Source: Asterias rubens (lineage: Eukaryota). From it: a stretch of DNA of 64,000 bases. The notes beneath the pieces were generated by a model. It was not told the origin of the DNA. It saw only the letters and a program-made list of their open reading frames with translations, and made no database searches. Position 1 is the first letter of the stretch. Each line of letters starts with the position of its first letter. The translations under genes and the position numbers were made by a program. Location: the NCBI RefSeq assembly GCF_902459465.1, contig NC_047068.1:14818001-14882000 (forward strand). The letters run 5' to 3'. Shown here one piece after another: positions 47,286 to 59,254 of this stretch.

Positions 47286-49006
47286 GAATTAATGCCTAAA
47301 TTAGAACCAGCTAAAATAAGCAATTCCACTGCAACTTTAAACTTACGCGAAACAGCAAGTTGAACAGTCCAGTCGCTATCTCTTAGTGCAGACACCGTGC
47401 ATATGGGGACATTTCTACGTGAAGCTTTTACACGCACACAACGGCGTCGTCTGCTTCAGAGAATTTGCTGTTTTTGAGCCTCCTCGATACAACGACACTG
47501 TCTCCTGACGAACACACTTTGTGTACATTCTCTATGGGAGTGTGTGTCCGCGGTTTGTACGCGCAAAACCGACCTTATGTGGACATTATCTGCCGTAGGT
47601 AATCTGCACAGTTGTATGGCACTCAGTCGGTCATGGAATCCCTCCATTTCTGGGGTTCACCACTTGTCGGCGTGCAGTTTTGAAATGGCGTGTTTTGAAA
47701 TGGAGGCGTATGCGGTCGGGGTTTGCCCCGTCCGGTACTCGAATTATGGCATTGTGGCGGTTCTCTCCGACTCGGAATGGGCATCGGGTCTCCAATACGA
47801 CTGGAGTAATTTTCGTCTGCAGTTCCGGAACGAAAAAACATGCGAATGAGGAGGCAATTCCTGTAGTTTCCAAAATGCGCACATTGACAGAGTTGCCTCT
47901 CAAAGACGGGACGGGGTCGGTCTGCGGAATTTCCGTGTGGATCCTTACAATATGGGGGTATTTTAGCAGCTACCCCACTCGTTCGTTCGGTTCCGTGTGT
48001 TCGTTCATTCAGTTTGAAAACGGGGTTGAAAAATTGGTGTATACGGAAATCTTTCCAGCAAAAAAAATTTATGTCTAAATTTCGAAATAATTTTGTCAAA
48101 TTTCTCCTTTTCAATACATATTATTTTATTCGCTCTTCATCCCCGGTGGTTTGTTTTTCTCTTCTCTTTATAAACAAAAAATAACACACCCCAAGTGCAC
48201 ACACATCACCAATTCGTGTTGTTGGTTGGATCATGGAGGTAGAAATAGGGACCACGGGGGTTTGGATTGGGTCCATTTATTTTATTATTCGGCCTCAAAC
48301 CGGATCGATCAGCCAGTTTGAGGGATCGAAAAAGATATCCCGTTTTCGTTCCCATAAACCTCGTTTCTGGCCACTTTCCAAAGCCGTTCATTTCGATCAC
48401 AAACAATGATAATAGCGTTCTGTGGTGGACCTCGTATATAGCCAAAATCATCGGCTGCCAGCTAAACAAGTGAAGCCGAGGGAGCGGTGTGGATAAAGTA
48501 GACAAATTTACCTACCTTCTTTGTGCGGCTTGTGGTGGCCTAGTGGCACCGTTGAAACGGATGATTTTTTAGAGCAACCATTGATGCCTCTTTGTGAACT
48601 GGACCATGTAGAAAATGTCTCAACAAATGCACATACATCGCGGTGAAGTCCCGAACACATTGACCGCATTGGCGGCATTAGGTTTGTACGTTGTTGACGG
48701 TCGTCTGGCGACGGGACCTACATCGTTGTGAACCCAAGATATGGCTACATTTTAAGAGATTGACCGAGTGAAGAAAGTCAGTCATTCATGAACCGACGCT
48801 AAATGCCCTTCGTTCTCTAGATATAAGGAACATTTACGTGAGATGGAAAGGGTCATTCATTGTTGTTGTTTACCGTTTACTCAGGATCATGTTCTTGTTG
48901 TTAAATGTTTCCTATTATAATACTAATGAGGTAATAAAATGTAAACACGAATGAGAGAATGAATTATCTATGACAAGTAGTGTATGTATGTTCGCATGGC
49001 TCTTGC

Positions 49007-49260
49007 AGCATTGAGTTGCAGTTTGAATTTCGCATACAATTTAGATCGGGTGATTTTCCAGTTAGTTCATTATTTTATTATTTATAATTATGGCGATTTA
49101 TTTTCAGGCACTGGACACTATTTATATAAAAAGCATTGAGTTGCAGTTTGAATTTCGCATACAATTTTAATAGATCGGTTGATTTTCCAGTAAGTTCATT
49201 ATTTTATTATTTATAATTATGGCGATTTATTTTTAGGCACTGGACACTATTTATATAAAA
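49007..49260. repeat. Tandem duplication of ~125 bp that includes a degenerate Kolobok-like terminus
   Basis: gcattgagttgcagtttgaatttcgcatacaattt...aggcactggacactatttatataaaa is repeated directly. Confidence 0.8.
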
Positions 49261-52200
49261 ACTTTTTTGCATAAAAACGTTTAACTTGGTAACGAGCAAT
49301 GGAGAGAGAGAGAGAGAGAGAGCTGTGTTCCCTGTGAAAAACGGCTCCCCGTAAGCACAAATTGTGCAACAATGGCGTTTTTTTCCCCTTATTCTCTTGC
49401 TGACCAGTTGAGTCAAAATTTTCACAGATTTGTTACTTTATGCGTAAGGGATACACACACCAAGTCAGAATACAGGTACTGGTATTTGAAAATTCAGTAT
49501 ACCTAACGAATAGATTGATGCAAAAGTGTTAAAGGCCCTCTTTTACTTCCTGGAGACAGGATTTGTGGCTGTGAATTCATTCCAGAATCTAAATAAACAG
49601 CGCCACCAATTCTCAGACAGTTCAATAATTAATTATTCATGACCCACAAAGTTACCGCAGTTAAACTTAGGACTATGATTGTCACAAAGTTAACAATGGG
49701 GTCCACGTTTTTATCAGGACAAAGAGTTGAAAAAGGAGGGTCCACAATTGGAAGTCGTTACAATCACCTGTGTGCTTACTGGAGAGCCCTTGTGGGGTCT
49801 TTGCACAATGGACCGTAAAGGGAATTGTTTATGCAACCTGGACCCCACAATAATATATATTTTGTATAGGAAATAATAGAACAAAATTAAGAACCGTGTA
49901 GCTGTGTAGGGGAAAATAAGTCTGGCTGATAATGTGGGAAGTTACCATAGACGGCATTGTGAACTAATTTGATTAAACCCATCTTAATTTCAAAAACACA
50001 ACATCAGTTTAGAAGTCCGAGGGTCAGCTTGAAGTGTAAAGGCAGTGTGACACTACTGGTAATTATTCAAAATAATTATAAGCATAATTTTTTTGTTTAA
50101 TTACCAAAGGTGTCCAGTGTCTTGAATGCGCCCCATTTTCTTTTGCAGTTTAATTTGATTATCTTTAATTAAGGTTGGCATTACAATTTGACCAATTTGA
50201 CCCAATACAGCTCTGGTAAATTTTAGACAAGCTTATATTATTCACAACGGGAAACCCAACCACAGTTAACCATAAATAGCTTCTTTTAAACAAAATGTCA
50301 AACTACTGAAATTAATCCTCACAGCCAGTTATTTGTTTGTATTTATATACTGGTTTATTATAGCGTTATTGTGCAGTTACATTTTAATTATCGATGCACT
50401 ATACTGTTAAATACTGACAAACTATAAAAACCCATATTTTTTTTAAATTCAATTGCTGTATTTTCAAGGCGAATTAAGAAACAAAAAAGCAAAAACCAAA
50501 AACAACAAACATATCCTCCGAAACGGAAGTCGATAATATTAAACATACATCAGGTTTGTTCTTAAATACAAAGTAAACATAAATAATATTCGATTCTGGT
50601 ATCGAGGGATAGTCGGCCTTACACTTTCGTGTTATACTACAGTGACTCTTTATCTGTGTACAGAGGGAGAGTTCTATCTAGGGCTAGTGCCGAGGGCATC
50701 CAATCCGAGTAAGCCGACCCCACCTGCGTCCAATTTCAAGGCTAATGCTTGCTTACCGCGAAAATCTGCACTTTAAGAGCCATGTTATAAAACACACCAT
50801 TCTTTAATGGGATAGTGCAGAATTCCAGGCAGAGCCATGACATTCGACCCTGATTTGCTGGGATTTCGATAGGAAAGCACTGGTCAATTAAAAAATTAAT
50901 CAACGTAAACATTAGCTCACATTTCTTTCGTAGGTACAAGTAAATTTTGATCTTGTCCAAATCATTGGTTCACATTCTCAAAAAACACCCTTAATATTAT
51001 TATTATTCACACGGCCAAAAAAACCTTCCCAAATAAGTCTAAGTCATTTTCTTTTAGTAAACACAAGATATCTAGAAAGTAAACATTATATACACGTCAT
51101 AAACAAATACAGCTAATTGTAACGAGAGAGTAGCCCCCATCCATAATCTCCATTATCAAAGTTTTGGACAAAGTTGCGTATAAAGACTGCCGATTGGAAG
51201 AAAACTTGGTTAGAAATTACCGCGCATGCGTCATAGGCCTTAATAAGCAACGAACAGTTAGTTGTGGTGTCACCAAATCAAATTGGGGTTCTTTATGAAA
51301 GATTTTGTCAGAAAACCACCATGGTTATACTCTCACAAATCTAAGTTGTTCAATATTTGTTTTACCCCTCCGTTTCTCTGACAAGTACGGGTCTTTCGCC
51401 AAATACACTCATATCGATAACCAAAACCAGGGACTGTGCACCATTAAATGAAACATTAAGTACAACATAATTAACTAGACATAAAGTTACCACCAATGTT
51501 AGGCGCACCGAGTATAAAAGTCACCGTCAAACGAAATCCAAGTACAGAAGCGTTTTAAAGACTCTTAATTTTTTTTATATAAAACGAAAAGTATACCTTG
51601 TCATCTTTTATTAATATTTTGTTATTAAATATTACTCGTATTTTTTTCCGGATGAAATACTTTCCTCGATGAGTCTAAATAATGCTTAGTTAACCCCACA
51701 TATGCGTTTACAAACAATTTGTGCAACGCCTGACCATGAATGTAATACTTTCGTATGAAAACAAGCAATCTGAAAGCACATTAATTAATTTTTACTCACT
51801 CGATATTATGGAATGTGGTGTTGCCTCTTATAATATGAGAAAATTTGGTCTCTCATCTCCAGATGGGAAGATGGTTGGATATCAAATGAGCTGTGAATAA
51901 GCGACTTTTGATGAGGAGGTTATACCACCGAGTAGCGCGCCGGCAAGACGGCCTAAGGGGTGTCCTCCCGTTGCGGTGGTTTATGTTACACCATGGTTAC
52001 ACCGCCATAGAGTCAGCGTGTGAAACTCATTTTCATGTCATCGCGACCTCATCACTCACAGTACGTGTGAATGCGAGAATGGTGCATGAACAACGATGAC
52101 GCTGTCATTGAGCTCAATATTGAAAATTCCCGTTTCAAAGGGCAACAAGCTCATTGAGAGGTTGGTAAAATTTACCTTTTTATAAAAATGCATAGTTCTC

Positions 52201-52541
52201 CTGATTTGGTAAACACAAATACTGAACTTGTCAGCACTTGTGTGACTTTGTATGTTAAGCCAATAAGCTTTCATTTCTGCTTATATAGTCACAGACAGAG
52301 CTACTTAAGAATAATTTAAGTACAATTTCTCTTTTGTTTTCTTAACTATAAGCTGAAACAATTTATCTTCACAAAACCCCTTTATGGAAATTTCACTACA
52401 AAATATTTCCTTTTCTTGGAATAATGAGGCAATTTGTGAAAATTTCTTCAAGTTTGCAAGTATAGAAAAAACAAAAACAGCTTTTTAAATGTTTATACAT
52501 TAATTGTTTGGTTGTAGAAAAGGCTTATGATAAGAAACGCT

Positions 52542-53985
52542 CTAGAATTCCCAGAGGGTGCTTTTGTTTGCTTCGACCCCTGTTGCACGCATTTCTCCGT
52601 GTTGTTTGCCCTCTAGGAGTCGACCGTTGGAAGCACGGATAAGGAACTTTGATCGCTCTAAGAACTCCAAGGTGAACTTCTCTGGTGCACCTTCACTCAA
52701 CGTGTAGTTGCCGTCACCGTCGGCTGTCCACGCCTTGGTTTCGTCACGACCTGTACCCAAATACACGGAAAAAACTGTTATTGCTTCACGCATGTCAATA
52801 GTTGTACTCTAGACCTACTTAAATTTCTGCCGTTTAAATTGAATGGAATATTGAAGAATTTTTGTTTTCATTCGAGAGGAACTTGGATTGTGACTCATCC
52901 CTTGGTTATAGATAGCGCCCTCTATCAGCAGTAAGTCTTTCTTTGAAAACAAAACAAAAAACACAATGGCTTGACGTTTCGACACGGGAGTCCTAGTTAA
53001 AATCTGAACCGACATTGAACAGAAAAGTCTTACCTCTGAAGATGTAAGTTCCATCATTCTCATATGATACTTGGATGATCTCATTGTCCGCTGTTGTTCG
53101 GTTGCACTCGAGCATCTTCCTCAGGCCGACGAAGCCATGTTCCCCCTTCAGTACCAGGTTGGGTCGGTTGCTCAGCTTGAAGCGGAACTTCTCGGTGTTT
53201 GTGACTTCGGAGCCGGATGCCACCAGGGGGCCGCTGCTCTTGATGCCGACGAATTTGCCGTTGGAGACGGCACGAAGCGATACGGTGCCCTCATCGCCGT
53301 AGACGAGCTCGAACAGGCAGGCTTCTTTTCTAGAAGATTTGAAAAGGGGAAGGCGAAGTTTTACAAGGAGCAAGGCACATTGAGTGGATTTCGTTTTCCA
53401 ATAATCTTCTGACATTATCAACATCACACACTATCACATTCCACATAATAGTTTTAGGCCTTAAAACATTTAAACGTCTTGAAGTAAAGAAAACAAATGT
53501 AGGACGTACAACCAAACAAAAATAAACACAAGCTTAATTCAGAAGATACCAATCCGTCTTGTCTTTGTAATTCGGCTTTCTATTTTGTTAAATCTATCCC
53601 TGTCTTTTAAGATTCGAGTGAGAAATTACCTCTTTCTCAAAAACTCTAGTTGCTTCAGAGAAAGCCGTTTCCCACAATTCTCTATACTATCAACAGCTCT
53701 CCATTGCTCGTTACCAATTATAAGTTTGTAAGCTAACAATTATTTTGAGTAGTAACCATAATAGTGTCAATCCATTGACTCTAAGTTCTGATATTGTTCT
53801 TGAGAATGGACCAGTCACTAACCTGGATAATCCCTTGTTGAGGATATCCTGCTTGCCAGCATCCATGGCCCAGTACTTGCCATTGGAGCTGCGGATGGCC
53901 CACTCGTTCTTCTTGCCAACGGCGCATTCCAGCTGGAAGGTCTCGGTGTCTGATTCTTCATGCTGATTGGCGGACACGTGGATAT
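52542..53985 (-). CDS. FSCN: Fascin (actin-bundling beta-trefoil protein), last three exons: 53985-53823, 53329-53034, 52750-52542; 5' part not in the window
   Basis: Motifs VSANQHEESDTETFQLE, RSSNGKYW, LRAVSNGKFV, KLSNRPNLVLKGEHGFVG, RASNGRLL and the terminal STLWEF* match fascin repeats 3-4 as I recall them (human FSCN1 LSANQDEETDQETFQLE ... SLWEY). Splice sites are GT-AG with phases 1, 2, 1. Confidence 0.93.
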
Positions 53986-54260
53986 CTGCAAAATGGCGGG
54001 AATATAAAAAGTATTTGGTGTTCAATTGTTGGCATGGTTGAAACGTGCGTTTTAAATAACATTGTGCGTGATATCAATTGGACGCAGGCATGAAATTACC
54101 TCCGTTGTCCCATTTATTCCTAATTATTGGGCGAAAAGAAAATGAAGTTTGTTAAATTAGACTACTGTCTAACAATACATTTAACAATCCACTTGAAAAT
54201 GTATACTTTTATGTTATGTGAGAAAACGTTACTGGAACACCTGTCGTAATAACTTTTTAA

Positions 54261-54637
54261 AGGCAGTGGACACTATTGGTAATTACTCAAAATAATTATT
54301 AGCATAAAACCTTACTTTGTAATGAGTAATGGGGAGAGGTTGATGGTATAAAACATTGTGAGAAACGGCTCCCTCTGAAGTGACATAGTTTTCGAGAAAG
54401 AAGTATTTTTCAACGAATTTGATTTCGAGACCTCAAGTTTAGAATTTGAGGTCTCGAAATCAACCATCTAAAAGCACATAACTTCGTGTGACAAGGGTGT
54501 TTTTCTTTCATTGTTATCTCGCAACTTCGATGACCGATTGAGCTCAAATTTTCACAGGTTTTTTATTTTATGTATATGTTGAGATACACCAAGTGAGAAG
54601 ACTGGTCTTTGACAATTACCAATAGTGTCCACTGTCT
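54261..54637. mobile_element. ~380-bp non-autonomous TIR element with TTAA flanks (Kolobok-like); copies at about 2790-3075, 9485-9770, 15805-16160, 17930-18354, 22184-22531, 31568-31945, 35668-36012, 49240-49480, 53570-53770, 59921-60298, 63020-63180
   Basis: TTAA|AGGCAGTGGACACTATTGGTAATT ... AATTACCAATAGTGTCCACTG(T/C)CT|TTAA, with an internal gatttcgagacctca/tgaggtctcgaaatc palindrome. More than 10 copies occur in both orientations. TTAA TSD plus purine-purine termini fit Kolobok. Confidence 0.8.
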
Positions 54638-56290
54638 TTAAGGGAAAGTTTACATTGTATTAATTTGGTAATCCACTCTCAAAATTAATGGCAAAAAAAA
54701 CCTTTGGTTTATCCCTAGCTCTATAGTTTGTCAAAGCGAAAGTCTACCCTAGTATTCGATTCAACTTCGAAGTAATGAGGTTTATATATAAAACAGTGTA
54801 AAAGAAATCAGTTATAATATTATTCACCAACATTTGAATATGAGAAGCGTTACTGTTAGCAACGCTTCTCATATGGTGTATTCCTATTTGGGATTAGTCT
54901 TCTTTGCGTAGAAATAATATTCGCTGCGGATTTTCAGCGATGTTTGCCAACACTACAAAATCTGTCTTCAGCATAATAAACCAACACCACGCAATCACAC
55001 AATGGTAGTACACCTTTTAACCTGAGCCCCAAACCTATTAGGCACAGCTGCGATCGAGCCCCCGCATGCAGCCTACAATACTGGTATTGTCACCATTTAT
55101 ATCACCTTATCTTGCACCTTGACGCTTTGCGACCCCCAGCGTCATCACCGATTGCTGATTGCATTTGACGCCCAGGAAAAGCTCACAATTCCTACCCATT
55201 ACACCTTGTTTCGTTTCCTTTAGAATCGCAATCTTCCGCAATCAGTCCCATGTCAAAAACATGAATGGCCGACAATTAACGTTAACAAACAACTTGAGTT
55301 GTTTTCATATTGGTAAATGTTAATCAGTGTATAATAGTTGGAGCATAGAAAACCAGTGCTCAAACAAACAACATAATATCATTTCCTGCAAAGGCCGTCT
55401 TTGGTCATTGATTGCTTAGTTCTCAAATTGTAAACGGTTTTAGGGCAATTTACTTCTTGTAGCTGTAGGCCTTTTCCAAATAATAAATAATGACGTCATT
55501 TTGGCGAGCCAACTAGCGGCCAAGTACCAGTGATCAAGAAGCCTCAGGGTTCTTTACGCAGGAGGGTCGACCCTGGTGCGCCGCAGACACCAAAATGTAA
55601 ACACAATAGCGCCTCTCATCAGCTGGCCAAGAATAACATTCCTCAACTCTGCCGTCAGACACTCTCAAATTTTCCCACAATCACACCCTTTGTTCGGAGT
55701 GGAAGTATCCTTGTCTGAGATATTATTATTACTTCTTCGGTAGAACCATAGAACAAGGACACAAACATCTCTGTGGTGGGGTAGACCAGGCCCTCCAAAT
55801 ATTGTGGAAACCTTGCATTATCTTTATAAGAGCATGGTTGTTGATTTTTGTGGGCCAAGTGGAGATTTCCCTGAGGGGTAATGCACGTTAACCATGAACC
55901 CAGAGCCAATGACATTTTGTTTGTAAATTGAAAATACCAATTAATTTCCGATGAAATACACTTTAACTTCTTTGAATGGGAAATTTTTAATCGGCAATCA
56001 AATGAACAATGTTTGGAGTAAACTAAATTTTGGAGAGACTCTTTTTTTTCTATCGAGGTGTGTGCATACATGGGACACGCCATCTGGTTTTTCCTCCCAC
56101 TCATAATATCAATGAAACCAAACAGAGGTCTGACTATATGTGGTGTGAATAACCGTTCATTCTGTTAAAGACGAGAGGAAAATGGCGGCAAATTCAATTA
56201 ACCCACATAAAAATCCAACACCACAGACCCAACCCAAACTGCTGGACTCTGATTAGGGTGGTCTGTCTGGTCTGATGCGTAAAGATATTA

Positions 56291-56492
56291 GGGACTTTTC
56301 GTTTTCGACAACGGATGGTTCTGCGACGGTAAAGATGACATTTCGCGTCATCTGCGCATGCGTCGGCTTTGAGGACGGTCGTCCCTCAATTTCTACGACA
56401 GTACTTGGGATGAATCTTCGTTGTGCTGAAAACGACAACGTTTAGCTGAACAACCGTCGCAGAACCATCCGTCGTCGAAAACGAAAAGTCCC
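56291..56492. mobile_element. MITE with ~40-bp TIRs and TA flanks, in a fascin intron
   Basis: gggacttttcgttttcgacaacggatggttctgcgacgg ... ccgtcgcagaaccatccgtcgtcgaaaacgaaaagtccc. Confidence 0.7.
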
Positions 56493-59015
56493 TACTATTA
56501 GTTCGGGAGATCCTTTACCATCTCGCCACGTGCGCTATAGGGAGGCTTCCTCCATGATATAACCAAGAACACTTTCGTAAGAAAAAGTACAACATTTTCT
56601 GATGGTGACTCTGGTGTTCACAAATACCAAATCAGCCAAAACATGCAGTTTGATCATGAAATATTCAGGATGCAAGGGTTAAGGAACGAGGAAAAACAAT
56701 CACAGCTTTCTCGATCAGATAACGCACTTGTCACTGAAGTAGGTCAGAGCTTGACCCCAACACCTCCTTTACAAAACTGCTAAGCCAGAACCATTTATGA
56801 CAAATACAAACCATATGAAAATGAGCCACATCTTTAACTGAAACAGGTTAAAAACCTTCCTCCATGGTTTAACCAAAAACTGGACGGCATAGCACCACGT
56901 AACAGTTAGTACGGTAATATTCCTACATGAGAACACCATGATGGATCAACGAAATACAAAAGCACAAAAACACAACCAAGGACAAACAGACAATCAAAAA
57001 AATCTCTTCATGGTAACCCAGGTATGGTAAGCCGGAACAAGGATTCACTCTGCTTTATCATCACCTTTATTACGGCCATGAATTGACTCATCCATAAAAA
57101 CAAAATGATGAATACGAACACGGCAGGGCCGCCTCAACTTGTTCAGTGACTACAGCCAGCGTTTCACTGGTCCATCAGCGTTGTCACTGGTTCACATTCT
57201 TCAAACAGTCCAAATGTTAGAATGTCAAATGGGTTAACTTTAATTTGAAATCATGCATAGGCTTGGGTTAACAGGTAGGTCTTTAGCCAGCCAGACTACT
57301 TGGACCATGGAGGGTTCTACCTCAATGCTTGGACAGAATATTGTAACTGGTCCTCGTATCAGCCGTTACCAGCAGACCATTGCTGAAGGACACAATGCAT
57401 TTACTTAGTATCTTGGTCATGTTCCTCGTATCGACTAACAGTAACGAATGATAATAATCATTTTGCAAAAAGGAACCAGACTATTTTTTTTCAGCTTCGG
57501 TTTGACATTGATATAAATGGGAAAAAATCAACATGGCTGCACCGTGACAAAAGTCTATTGTTGTTACAGTTGACGGTTTCAACCTGTACATTTTACAAAG
57601 TAAACTTAAACTAAAGGCCTATAATAAGCGCAATTTTAACACATTTTTGTGTGAACATTTTAACACATTTTTGTGTGAACTATTTGCAAAAATTTAGACT
57701 TACTCTCCCAATCCACGCTAAAACGTAAGCTTGCCAGGGATCGCATGCTCCACTATCAACATTATAATAAGTTTTGTACAGTCTTGCACATGAACTCTAC
57801 CGTAGTCACCCCTAATTCAGTGGCGACTCCTTGCTGTGTCACACACGCCAATCCGAGGGCCAGGCAGACGGCATGCCTGATCGAATATCAACATGGACCG
57901 CTTAAAAATTAATGACCCAGCATCAAGTATTCAGGATTTCAGGATCGCATTACATACAATAATCTACATCTTTCCAACAATCTTTGGCATTGCCTCAGAT
58001 GCATATTATTCTACATCGAAATGACTACACTGGAAAAAACGAACAAAGAAAGCAGGCAAGAAAAATATTCAGAGATTGTAAGAGAATCCATCGACCATTA
58101 TCAATGTGTGGATGGATCCAGGCTTTCAAATTTCTACCTGCTGGGTACGATAATCACTTCGTTGGCGCGAAATCAAAAGTCATCACGATGACTTTTGTGA
58201 GTGCTCGCAGTCATATCAGTTCTGTCATTGCTTATTTAGAGTGTACAATTTCAACTCCTTGCTGCTTTTAAAAAGTCTAATCTTAGAAGTATTCATTCAC
58301 GAAAAAATATGATACAAGTTATTGCTATGCTGCTCGACGCAGCGCAGTATATATTTGATTCGAAATTATTAACGCATCCATGCAAGCAAGGCAGGCCTTA
58401 CGTGTATTTCAAACCACAGTCAGTTTTGACAGATGCTCTTCAACATAAGACAGCTGCCAAATGTGATTTCACAATTTGGATGAAAACCAAAAATGTATGT
58501 TGTCGTAAAACGTCTTTGGCTGAAGTTGTAAAAGAAAAAAAAATGCCATTTCAAGCCCAAATACTTGTCCATTGTTTTGTATAATATGCATGAATTAGGT
58601 TGTGTCGGCTCTCTCCAGACTATGCTCGTTAACACCTTTATACATCAAGTATACGGACCTAAAAGGTGGCTAAAAAGACACCCAACCACAATTTGTTAAT
58701 TTGGATGCACGTCCGGTGTCCTTGGACCGTAATCTGAAGCACCCCACCCCACCCCACCAGCAAGCCAAGGAAATCCCGGTAAAGGGACCGGAATACTACC
58801 CTGGTACAGCCGGTAGGGGAAGTGCCAATTTACCTCAAGTCCCAAACTGTGAGGATGAGTGGCAAACCACCAGGGTTTTTAGAGAACATTGGGAACCATC
58901 TCACTGAATCTCCACAAAAGTAATGGCATACAATACATAAATGTTCACAACATTTCCTTGATTAAATTACCAGAGAGTTTTGATTACAACAAAAACTTGT
59001 CCTGTGTAAGAGCAG

Positions 59016-59254
59016 GGCCCAAATTCATAGAGCTGCTAAGCACACAAATTTGCTTCGCATAACATTTCTTCCTTGATTAAAACAGGATTACCAACTAAAT
59101 TTCCACTTGGTTTTCAGGATTTGGCAAACAACAGATGAATACAAGTAACAAGCAATGTGCAACAAATGGAAATTTGGTTGGTAATCCTGTTTATCAAGGA
59201 TGAAATTTCATGCTAAGCAAATTGTTGTGGTTAGCAGCTCTATGAAATTGGGCC
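59016..59254. mobile_element. Harbinger-like MITE (GGCCCAATTTCAT TIRs, CAG TSD); related copies near 2085-2265, 8780-8960, 23410-23590, 30260-30497, 36660-36840, 44185-44403
   Basis: cag|ggcccaaattcatagagctgctaagc ... gcagctctatgaaattgggcc|cag. Confidence 0.75.
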
